Shown here piece by piece: positions 41,801 to 54,100 of a DNA stretch of 64,000 bases (its first letter is position 1; each line of letters begins with the position of its first letter). The DNA comes from the human T2T-CHM13v2.0 reference genome, Homo sapiens. The position numbers and the translations under genes were made by a program. The notes beneath the pieces were generated by a model. The model made no database searches and was not told the origin of the DNA. It saw nothing but the letters and a program-made list of their open reading frames with translations. The DNA lies in NCBI RefSeq assembly GCF_009914755.1, contig NC_060925.1. One strand, written 5' to 3'.

Positions 41801-44800
41801 AACCGCTGAATGAAAAGAAAAGTTAAACTCTGAGAGTTGAACGCAGACATCACGCAGCAGTTTCTGAGAATGATTCTGTCTAGTTTTTATACGAAGATAT
41901 TTCCTTTTCTGCCTTTGGCCCCAAAGCGCTTGAAATCTCCACTTGCAAATTCCACAAAAACAGTGTTTCAAATCTGCTCTCTCTAAATGAAAGTTCAACT
42001 CTGTCAGTTGAATACACACAACACAAGGAAGTTACTGAGAATTCTTCTGTCTAGCATAATATGAAGAAATCCCGTTTCCAACGAAGGTCTCAAAGGGGTC
42101 TGAATATCCACTTGCAGACTTTATAAACAGAGTGTTTACTAACTGCTCTATGAAAAGAAAGGTTAAACTCTGTGAGTTGAACACACACATCACAAAGGAG
42201 TTTCTGAGAATCATTCTGTCTAGTTTTTCTACGAAGATATTTCCTTTTCTACTATTGACCTCAAAGCGGCTGAAATCTCCACTTGCAAATTCCACAAAAA
42301 GAGTGTTTCAAGTCTGCTCTGTGTAAAGGGTCGTTCAACTCTGTGAGTTGAATACACACAACACAAGGAAGTTACTGAGAATTCTTCTGTCTAGCAGAAT
42401 ATGAAGAAATCCCGTTTCCAACGAAGGCCTCAAGGAGGTCTGAATATCCACTTGCAGACTTTACAAACAGAGTGTTTCCTAACTGCTCTATGAACAGAAA
42501 GGTTAAACTCTGTGAGTTGAACGCACACATCACAAAGGAGTTTCTGAGAATCATTCTGTCTAGTCTTTATACGAAGATATTTACTTTTCTACCATTGACC
42601 TCAAAGCGGCTGAAATCTCCACTTGCAAATTCCACAAAAAGAGTGTTTCAAGTCTGCTCTGTGTAAAGGGTCCTTCAACTCTGTGAGTTGAATACACACA
42701 ACACAAGGAAGTTACTGAGAATTCTTCTGTCTAGCAGAATATGAAGAAATCCCGTTTCCAACGAAGGCCTCAAAGAGGTCTGCATATCCACTTGCAGACT
42801 TTACAAACAGAGTGTTTCCTAACTGCTCTATGAGAAGAAAAGTTAAACTCTGTGAGTTGAACGCACACATCACAAAAGATTTTCTGAGAATCATTCTGTC
42901 TAGTCTTTATATGAAGATAGTTTCCTTTTCTACCATTGACCTCAAAGCGGCTGAAATCTCCACTTGCAAATTCCACAAAAAGAGTGTTTCAAGTCTGCTC
43001 TGTGTAAAGGATCGTTCAACTCTGTGAGTTGAATACACACAACACAAGGAAGTTACTGAGAATTCTTCTGTCTAGCAGAATATGAAGAAATCCCGTTTCC
43101 AACGAAGGCCACAAGATGTCAGAATATCCACTTACAGACTTTACAAACAGAGTGTTTCCTAACTGCTCTATGAACAGAAAGGTTAAACTCTGTGAGTTGA
43201 ACGAACACATCACAACGCAGTTTGTGGGAATGATTCTGTCTAGTTTTGAAACGAAGATATTTCCTTTTCTGCCGTTGACCTTAAAGAGCTTGAAAACTAC
43301 ACTTGCAAATTGCACAAATAGAGTGTTTCAAATCTGCTCTGTCTAAGGGAACGTTCAACTCTGTGAGTTGAATGCACACAACACAAGGAAGTTACTGGGA
43401 ATTCTTCTGTCTAGCCTTACATGAAAAAAACCCGTTTCCAACGAAGGCCTCTAAGTGGACAAAATTTCCACGTGCAGACTTTACAAACAGAGTGTTTCCA
43501 AACCGCTGAATGAAAAGAAAAGTTAAACTCTGAGAGTTGAACGCACACATCACGCAGCAGTTTCTGAGAATGATTCTGTCTAGTTTTTATACGAAGATAT
43601 TTCCTTTTCTGCCTTTGGCCCCAAAGCGCTTGAAATCTCCACTTGCAAATTCCACAAAAACAGTGTTTCAAATCTGCTCTCTCTAAATGAAAGTTCAACT
43701 CTGTCAGTTGAATACACACAACCCAAGGAAGTTACTGAGAATTCTTCTGTCTAGCATAATATGAAGAAATCCCGTTTCCAACGAAGGCCTCAAAGGGGTC
43801 TGAATATCCACTTGCAGACTTTATAAACAGAGTGTTTACTAACTGCTCTATGAAAAGAAAGGTTAAACTCTGTGAGTTGAACACACACATCACAAAGGAG
43901 TTTCTGAGAATTATTCTGTCTAGTTTTTCTACGAAGATATTTCCTTTTCTACTATTGACCTCAAAGCGGCTGAAATCTCCACTTGCAAATTCCACAAAAA
44001 GAGTGTTTCAAGTCTGCTCTGTGTAAAGGATCGTTCAACTCTGTGAGTTGAATACACACAACACAAGGAAGTTACTGAGAATTCTTCTGTCTAGCAGAAT
44101 AGGAAGAAATCCCGTTTCCAACGAAGGCCACAAGATGTCAGAATATCCACTTACAGACTTTACAAACAGAGTGTTTCCTAACTGCTCTATGAACAGAAAG
44201 GTTAAACTCTGTGAGTTGAACGAACACATCACAACGCAGTTTGTGGGAATGATTCTGTCTAGTTTTGAAACGAAGATATTTCCTTTTCTGCCGTTGACCT
44301 TAAAGCGCTTGAAATCTACACTTGCAAATTGCACAAATAGAGTGTTTCAAATCTGCTCTGTCTAAGGGAACGTTCAACTCTGTGAGTTGAATGCACACAA
44401 CACAAGGAAGTTACTGGGAATTCTTCTGTCTAGCCTTACATGAAAAAAACCCGTTTCCAACGAAGGCCTCTAAGTGGTCAAAATTTCCACGTGCAGACTT
44501 TACAAACAGAGTGTTTCCAAACCGCTGAATGAAATGAAAAGTTAAACTCTGAGAGTTGAACGCACACATCACGCAGCAGTTTCTGAGAATGATTCTGTCT
44601 AGTTTTTATACGAAGATATTTCCTTTTCTGCCTTTGGCCCCAAAGCGCTTGAAATCTCCACTTGCAAATTCCACAAAAACAGTGTTTCAAATCTGCTCTC
44701 TCTAAATGAAAGTTCAACTCTGTCAGTTGAATACACACAACACAAGGAAGTTACTGAGAATTCTTCTGTCTAGCATAATATGAAGAAATCCCGTTTCCAA

Positions 44801-47677
44801 CGAAGGCCTCAAAGGGGTCTGAATATCCACTTGCAGACTTTATAAACAGAGTGTTTACTAACTGCTCTATGAAAAGAAAGGTTAAACTCTGTGAGTTGAA
44901 CACACACATCACAAAGGAGTTTCTGAGAATCATTCTGTCTAGTTTTTCTACGAAGATATTTCCTTTTCTACTATTGACCTCAAAGCGGCTGAAATCTCCA
45001 CTTGCAAATTCCACAAAAAGAGTGTTTCAAGTCTGCTCTGTGTAAAGGATCGTTCAACTCTGTGAGTTGAATACACACAACACAAGGAAGTTACTGAGAA
45101 TTCTTCTGTCTAGCAGAATATGAAGAAATCCCGTTTCCAACGAAGGCCTCAAAGAGGTCTGAATATCCACTTGCAGACTTTACAAACAGAGTGTTTCCTA
45201 ACTGCTCTATGAAAAGAAAGGTTAAACTCTGTGAGTTGAACGCACACATCACAAAGGAGTTTCTGAGAATCGTTCTGTCTAGTTTCTATAGGAAGATGTT
45301 TCCTATTCTACCATTGACATCAAAGCGGCTGAAATCTCCACTTGCAAATTCCACAAAAAGAGTGTTTCAAGTCTGCTCTGTGTAAACGATCGTTCAACTC
45401 TGTGAGTTGAATACACACAACACAAGGAAGTTACTGAGAATTCTTCTGTCTAGCATAATATGTAGAAATCCCGTTTCCAACGAAGGCCTCAAATAGGTCT
45501 GAATATCCACTTGCAGACTTTACAAACAGAGTGTTTCCTAACTGCTCTATGAAAAGAAAAGTTAAACTCTGTGAGTTGAACGCACACATCACAAAGGAGT
45601 TTCTGAGAATCGTTCTGTCTAGTTTCTATAGGAAGATATTTCCTATTCTACCATTGACCTCAAAGCGGCTGAAATCTCCAGTTGCAAATTCCACAAAAAG
45701 AATGTTTCAAGTCTGCTCTGTGTAAAGGATCGTTCAACTCTGTGAGTTGAATACACACAACACAAGGAAGTTACTGAGAATTATTCTGTCTAGCATAATA
45801 TGAAGAAATCCCGTTTCCAACGAAGGCCTCAAAGAGGTCTGAATATCCACTTGCAGACTTTACAAACAGAGTGTTTCCTAACTGCTCTATGAAAAGAAAA
45901 GTTAAACTCTGTGAGTTGAACGCACACATCACAAAGGAGTTTATGAGAATCATTCTGTCTAGTCTTTATACGAAGATATTTCCTTTTCTACCATTGACCT
46001 CAAAGCGGCTGAAATCTCCACTTGCAAATTCCACAAAAAGAGTGTTTCAAGTCTGCTCTGTGTAAAGGATCGTTCAACTCTGTGAGTTGAATACACACAA
46101 CACAAGGAAGTTACTGAGAATTCTTCTGTCTAGCAGAATATGAAGAAATCCCGTTTCCAACGAAGGCCTCAAGGAGGTCTGAATATCCACTTGCAGACTT
46201 TACAAACAGAGTGTTTCCTAACTGCTCTATGAACAGAAAGGTAAAACTCTGTGAGTTTAACGCACACATCACAAAGGAGTTTCTGAGAATCATTCTGTCT
46301 AGTCTTTATACGAAGATATTTACTTTTCTACCATTGACCTCAAAGCGGCTGAAATCTCCACTTGCAAATTCCACAAAAAGAGTGTTTCAAGTCTGCTCTG
46401 TGTAAAGGATCATTCAACTCTGTGAGTTGAATAAACACAACACAAGGAAGTTACTGAGAATTCTTCTGTCTAGCAGAATATGAAGAAATCCCGTTTCCAA
46501 CGAAGGCCTCAAGGAGGTCTGAATATCCACTTGCAGACTTTACAAACAGAGTGTTTCCTAACTGCTCTATGAAAAGAAAGGTTAAACTCTGTGAGTTGAA
46601 CGCACACATCACAAAGGAGTTTATGAGAATCATTCTGTCTAGTTTCTATAAGAAGATATTTCCTATTCTACCATTGACCTCAAAGCGGCTGAAATCTCCA
46701 CTTGCAAATTCGACAAAAAGAGTGTTTCAAGCCTGCTCTCTGTAAAGGATCCTTCAACTCTGTGAGTTGAATACACACAACACAAGGAAGTTACTGAGAA
46801 TTATTCTGTCTAGCACAATATGAAGAAATCCCGTTTCCAACGAAGGCCTCAAAGAGGTCTGAATATCCACTTGCAGACTTTACAAACAGAGTGTTTCCTA
46901 ACTGCTCTATGAGAAGAAAAGTTAAACTCTGTGAGTTGAACGCACACATCACAAAAGATTTTCTGAGAATCATTCTGTCTAGTCTTTATATGAAGATAGT
47001 TTCCTTTTCTACCATTGACCTCAAAGCGGCTGAAATCTCCACTTGCAAATTCCACAAAAAGAGTGTTTCAAGTCTGCTCTGTGTAAAGGATCGTTCAACT
47101 CTGTGAGTTGAATACACACAACACAAGGAAGTTACTGAGAATTCTTCTGTCTAGCAGAATATGAAGAAATCCCGTTTCCAATGAAGGCCTCAAGGAGGTC
47201 TGAATATCCACTTGCAGACTTTACAAACAGAGTGTTTCCTAACCGCTCTATGAACAGAAAGGTTAAACTCTGTGAGTTGAACGCACACATCACAAAGGAG
47301 TTTCTGAGAATCATTCTGTCTAGTCTTTATACGAACATATTTTCTTTTCTACCATTGACTTCAAAGCGGCTGAAATCTCCACTTGCAAATTCCACAGAAA
47401 GAGTGTTTCAAGTCTGCTCTGTGTAAAGGAACATTCAACTCTGTGAGTTGAATAAACACAACACAAGGAAGTTACTGAGAATTCTTCTGTCTAGCACAAT
47501 ATGAAGAAATCCCGTTTCCAACGAAGGCCTCAAGGAGGTCTGAATATCCACTTGCAGACTTTACAAACAGAGTGTTTCCTAACTGCTCTATGAAAAGAAA
47601 GGTTAAACTCTGTGAGTTGAACGCACACATCACAAAGGAGTTTATGAGAATCATTCTGTCTAGTTTCTATAAGAAGA
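33400..47677 (-). repeat. 14,278-bp super-repeat, copy 1 (HOR series 12-12-10-10-10-6-24 = 84 monomers); boundaries approximate
   Basis: Anchors and private variants recur at +14,278 (33838/48116, 37916/52194, 41352/55630, 44035/58313, 47181/61459). Confidence 0.92.
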
Positions 47678-48115
47678 TATTTCCTATTCTACCATTGACC
47701 TCAAAGCGGCTGAAATCTCCACTTGCAAATTCGACAAAAAGAGTGTTTCAAGCCTGCTCTCTGTAAAGGATCCTTCAACTCTGTGAGTTGAATACACACA
47801 ACACAAGGAAGTTACTGAGAATTATTCTGTCTAGCAAAATATGAAGAAATCCCGTTTCCAACGAAGGCCTCAAAGAGGTCTGAATATCCACTTGCAGACT
47901 TTACAAACAGAGTGTTTCCTAACTGCTCTATGAGAAGAAAAGTTAAACTCTGTGAGTTGAACGCACACATCACAAAAGATTTTCTGAGAATCATTCTGTC
48001 TAGTCTTTATATGAAGATAGTTTCCTTTTCTACCATTGACCTCAAAGCGGCTGAAATCTCCACTTGCAAATTCCACAAAAAGAGTGTTTCAAGTCTGCTC
48101 TGTGTAAAGGATCGT
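44035..48115 (-). repeat. 24-mer HOR variant (A-B-C-D-D-E-F-G-H-F-G-H; 4081 bp); second copy at 58313-62393
   Basis: No A or B dimer occurs between ~44750 and 48116. D-type dimers lie at 45191 and 45531, and H-type dimers at 46891 and 47912. Confidence 0.88.
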
Positions 48116-51100
48116 TCAACTCTGTGAGTTGAATACACACAACACAAGGAAGTTACTGAGAATTCTTCTGTCTAGCAGAATATGAAGAAATCCCGTTTCC
48201 AACGAAGGCCACAAGATGTCAAAATATCCACTTACAGACTTTACAAACAGAGTGTTTCCTAACTGCTCTATGAACAGAAAGGTTAAACTCTGTGAGTTGA
48301 ACGAACACATCACAACGCAGTTTGTGGGAATGATTCTGTCTAGTTTTGAAAGGAAGATATTTCAGTTTCAGCCGTTGACCTTAAAGCGCTTGAAATCTAC
48401 ACTTGCAAATTGCACAAATAGGCTGTTTCAAATCTGCTCTGTCTAAGGGAACGTTCAACTCTGTGAGTTGAATGCACACAACACAAGGAAGTTACTGGGA
48501 ATTCTTCTGTCTAGCCTTACATGAAAAAAACCCGTTTCCAACGAAGGCCTCTAAGTGGTCAAAATATCCACGTGCAGACTTTACAAACAGAGTGTTTCCA
48601 AACCGCTGAATGAAAAGAAAAGTTAAACTCTGAGAGTTGAACGCACACATCACGCAGCAGTTTCTGAGAATGATTCTGTCTAGTTTTTATACGAAGATAT
48701 TTCCTTTTCTGCCTTTGGCCCCAAAGCGCTTGAAATCTCCACTTGCAAATTCCACAAAAACAGTGTTTCAAATCTGCTCTCTCTAAATGAAAGTTCAACT
48801 CTGTCAGTTGAATACACACAACACAAGGAAGTTACTGAGAATTCTTCTGTCTAGCATAATATGAAGAAATCCCGTTTCAAACGAAGGCCTCAAAGGGGTC
48901 TGAATATCCACTTGCAGACTTTATAAACAGAGTGTTTACTAACTGCTCTATGAAAAGAAAGGTTAAACTCTGTGAGTTGAACACACACATCACAAAGGAG
49001 TTTCTGAGAATCATTCTGTCTAGTTTTTCTACGAAGATATTTCCTTTTCTACTATTGACCTCAAAGCGGCTGAAATCTACACTTGCAAATTCCACAAAAA
49101 GAGTGTTTCAAGTCTGCTCTGTGTAAAGGATCGTTCAACTCTGTGAGTTGAATACACACAACACAACGAAGTTGCTGAGAATTCTTCTGTCTAGCAGAAT
49201 ATGAAGAAATCCCGTTTCCAACGAAGGCCTCAAGGAGGTCTGAATATCCACTTGCAGACTTTACAAACAGAGTGTTTCCTAACTGCTCTATGAACAGAAA
49301 GGTTAAACTCTGTGAGTTGAACGCACACAACACAAAGGAGTTTCTGAGAATCATTCTGTCTAGTCTTTATACGAAGATATTTCCTATTCTACCATTGACC
49401 TCAAAGCGGCTGAAATCTCCACTTGCAAATTCCACAAAAAGAGTGTTTCAAGTCTGCTCTGTGTAAAGGATCATTCAACTCTGTGAGTTGAATAAACACA
49501 ACACAAGGAAGTTACTGAGAATTCTTCTGTCTAGCAGAATATGAAGAAATCCCGTTTCCAACGAAGGCCTCAAGGAGGTCTGAATATCCACTTGCAGACT
49601 TTTCAAACAGAGTGTTTCCTAACTGCTCTATGAAAAGAAAGGTTAAACTCTGTGAGTTGAACGCACACATCACAAAGGAGTTTTTGAGAATCATTCTGTC
49701 TAGTTTCTATAAGAAGATATTTCCTATTCTACCTTTGACCTCAAAGCGGCTGAAATCTCCACTTGCAAATTCGACAAAAAGAGTGTTTCAAGCCTGCTCT
49801 CTGTAAAGGATCCTTCAACTCTGTGAGTTGAATACACACAACACAAGGAAGTTACTGAGAATTATTCTGTCTAGCAAAATATGAAGAAATCCCGTTTCCA
49901 ACGAAGGCCTCAAAGAGGTCTGAATATCCACTTGCAGACTTTACAAACAGAGTGTTTCCTAACTGCTCTATGAGAAGAAAAGTTAAACTCTGTGAGTTGA
50001 ACGCACACATCACAAAAGATTTTCTGAGAATCATTCTGTCTAGTCTTTATATGAAGATAGTTTCCTTTTCTACCATTGACCTCAAAGCGGCTGAAATCTC
50101 CACTTGCAAATTCCACAAAAAGAGTGTTTCAAGTCTGCTCTGTGTAAAGGATCGTTCAACTCTGTGAGTTGAATACACACAACACAAGGAAGTTACTGAG
50201 AATTCTTCTGTCTAGCAGAATAGGAAGAAATCCCGTTTCCAACGAAGGCCACAAGATGTCAGAATATCCACTTACAGACTTTACAAACAGAGTGTTTCCT
50301 AACTGCTCTATGAACAGAAAGGTTAAACTCTGTGAGTTGAACGAACACATCACAACGCAGTTTGTGGGAATGATTCTGTCTAGTTTTGAAACGAAGATAT
50401 TTCCTTTTCTGCCGTTGACCTTAAAGCGCTTGAAATCTACACTTGCAAATTGCACAAATAGAGTGTTTCAAATCTGCTCTGTCTAAGGGAACGTTCAACT
50501 CTGTGAGTTGAATGCACACAACACAAGGAAGTTACTGGGAATTCTTCTGTCTAGCCTTACATGAAAAAACCCGTTTCCAACGAAGGCCTCTAAGTGGTCA
50601 AAATATACACGTGCAGACTTTACAAACAGAGTGTTTCCAAACCGCTGAATGAAAAGAAAAGTTAAACTCTGAGAGTTGAACGCACACATCACGCAGCAGT
50701 TTCTGAGAATGATTCTGTCTAGTTTTTATACGAAGATATTTCCTTTTCTGCCTTTGGCCCCAAAGCGCTTGAAATCTCCACTTGCAAATTCCACAAAAAC
50801 AGTGTTTCAAATCTGCTCTCTCTAAATGAAAGTTCAACTCTGTCAGTTGAATACACACAACACAAGGAAGTTACTGAGAATTCTTCTGTCTAGCATAATA
50901 TGAAGAAATCCCGTTTCCAACGAAGGCCTCAAAGGGGTCTGAATATACACTTGCAGACTTTATAAACAGAGTGTTTACTAACTGCTCTATGAAAAGAAAG
51001 GTTAAACTCTGTGAGTTGAACACACACATCACAAAGGAGTTTCTGAGAATCATTCTGTCTAGTTTTTCTACGAAGATATTTCCTTTTCTACTATTGAACT

Positions 51101-54100
51101 GAAAGCGGCTGAAATCTCCACTTGCAAATTCCACAAAAAGAGTGTTTCAAGTCTGCTATGTGTAAAGGATCGTTCAACTCTGTGAGTTGAATACACACAA
51201 CACAACGAAGTTACTGAGAATTCTTCTGTCTAGCAGAATATGAAGAAATCCCGTTTCCAACGAAGGCCTCAAAGAGGTCTGAATATCCACTTGCAGACTT
51301 TACAAACAGAGTGTTTCCTAACTGCTATATGAAAAGAAAAGTTAAACTCTGTGAGTTGAACGCACACATCACAAAGGAGTTTCTGAGAATCGTTCTGTCT
51401 AGTTTCTATAGGAAGATATTTCCTATTCTACCATTGACCTCAAAGCGGCTGAAATCTCCACTTGCAAATTCCACAAAAAGAATGTTTCAAGTCTGCTCTG
51501 TGTAAAGGATCGTTCAACTCTGTGAGTTGAATACACACAACACAAGGAAGTTACTAAGAATTATTCTGTCTAGCATAATATGAAGAAATCCCGTTTCCAA
51601 CGAAGGCCTCAAAGAGGTCTGAATATCCACTTGCAGACTTTACAAACAGAGTGTTTCCTAACTGCTCTATGAAAAGAAAAGTTAAACTCTGTGAGTTGAA
51701 CGCACACATCACAAAGGAGTTTCTGAGAATCATTCTGTCTAGTCTTTATACGAAGATATTTCCTTTTCTACCATTGACCTCAAAGCGGCTGAAATCTCCA
51801 CTTGCAATATCCACAAAAAGAGTGTTTCAAGTCTGCTCTGTGTAAAGGATCGTTCAACTCTGTGAGTAGAATACACACAACACAAGGAAGTTACTGAGAA
51901 TTCTTCTGTCTAGCAGAATATGAAGAAATCCCGTTTCCAACGAAGGCCTCAAGGAGGTCTGAATATCCACTTGCAGACTTTACAAACAGAGTGTTTCCTA
52001 ACTGCTCTATGAACAGAAAGGTTAAACTCTGTGAGTTGAACGCACACATCACAAAGGAGTTTCTGAGAATCATTCTGTCTAGTCTTTATACGATGATATT
52101 TACTTTTCTACCATTGACTTCAAAGCGGCTGAAATCTCCACTTGCAAATTCCACAAAAAGAGTGTTTCAAGTCTGCTCTGTGTAAAGGATCATTCAACTC
52201 TGTGAGTTGAATAAACACAACACAAGGAAGTTACTGAGAATTCTTCTGTCTAGCAGAATATGAAGAAATCCCATTTCCAACGAAGGCCACAAGATGTCAG
52301 AATATCCACTTGCAGACTTTACAAACAGAGTGTTTCCTAACTGCTCTATGAACAGAAAGGTTAAACTCTGTGAGTTGAACGAACACATCACAACGCAGTT
52401 TGTGGGAATGATTCTGTCTAGTTTTGAAACGAAGATATTTCCTTTTCTGCCGTTGACCTTAAAGCGCTTGAAATCTACACTTGCAAATTGCACAAATAGA
52501 GTGTTTCAAATCTGCTCTGTCTAAGGGAACGTTCAACTCTGTGAGTTGAATGCACACAACACAAGGAAGTTACTGGGAATTCTTCTGTCTAGCCTTACAT
52601 GAAGAAAACCCGTTTCCAACGAAGGCCTCTAAGAGGTCAAAATATCCACGTGCAGACTTTACAAAGAGAGTGTTTCCAAACCGCTGAATGAAAAGAAAAG
52701 TTAAACTCTGAGAGTTGAACGCAGACATCACGCAGCAGTTTCTGAGAATGATTCTGTCTAGTTTTTATACGAAGATATTTCCTTTTCTGCCTTTGGCCCC
52801 AAAGCGCTTGAAATCTCCACTTGCAAATTCCACAAAAACAGTGTTTCAAATCTGCTCTCTCTAAATGAAAGTTCAACTCTGTCAGTTGAATACACACAAC
52901 ACAAGGAAGTTACTGAGAATTCTTCTGTCTAGCATAATATGAAGAAATCCCGTTTCCAACGAAGGCCTCAAAGGGGTCTGAATATCCACTTGCAGACTTT
53001 ATAAACAGAGTGTTTACTAACTGCTCTATGAAAAGAAAGGTTAAACTCTGTGAGTTGAACACACACATCACAAAGGAGTTTCTGAGAATCATTCTGTCTA
53101 GTTTTTCTACGAAGATATTTCCTTTTCTACTATTGACCTCAAAGCGGCTGAAATCTCCACTTGCAAATTCCACAAAAAGAGTGTTTCAAGTCTGCTCTGT
53201 GTAAAGGATCGTTCAACTCTGTGAGTTGAATACACACAACACAAGGAAGTTACTGAGAATTCTTCTGTCTAGCAGAATATGAAGAAATCCCGTTTCCAAC
53301 GAAGGCCTCAAGGAGGTCTGAATATCCACTTGCAGACTTTACAAACAGAGTGTTTCCTAACTGCTCTATGAACAGAAAGGTTAAACTCTGTGAGTTGAAC
53401 GCACACATCACAAAGGAGTTTCTGAGAATCATTCTGTCTAGTCTTTATACGAAGATATTTACTTTTCTACCATTGACCTCAAAGCGGCTGAAATCTCCAC
53501 TTGCAAATTCCACAAAAAGAGTGTTTCAAGTCTGCTCTGTGTAAAGGATCCTTCAAATCTGTGAGTTGAATACACACAACACAAGGAAGTTACTGAGAAT
53601 TCTTCTGTCTAGCAGAATATGAAGAAATCCCGTTTCCAACGAAGGCCTCAAAGAGGTCTGCATATCCACTTGCAGACTTTACAAACAGAGTGTTTCCTAA
53701 CTGCTCTATGAGAAGAAAAGTTAAACTCTGTGAGTTGAACGCACACATCACAAAAGATTTTCTGAGAATCATTCTGTCTAGCCTTTATATGAAGATAGAT
53801 TCCTTTTCTACCATTGACCTCAAAGCGGCTGAAATCTCCACTTGCAAATTCCACAAAAAGAGTGTTTCAAGTCTGCTCTGTGTAAAGGATCGTTCAACTC
53901 TGTGAGTTGAATACACACAACACAAGGAAGTTACTGAGAATTCTTCTGTCTAGCAGAATATGAAGAAATCCCGTTTCCAACGAAGGCCACAAGATGTCAG
54001 AATATCCACTTACAGACTTTACAAACAGAGTGTTTCCTAACTGCTCTATGAACAGAAAGGTTAAACTCTGTGAGTTGAACGAACACATCACAACGCAGTT

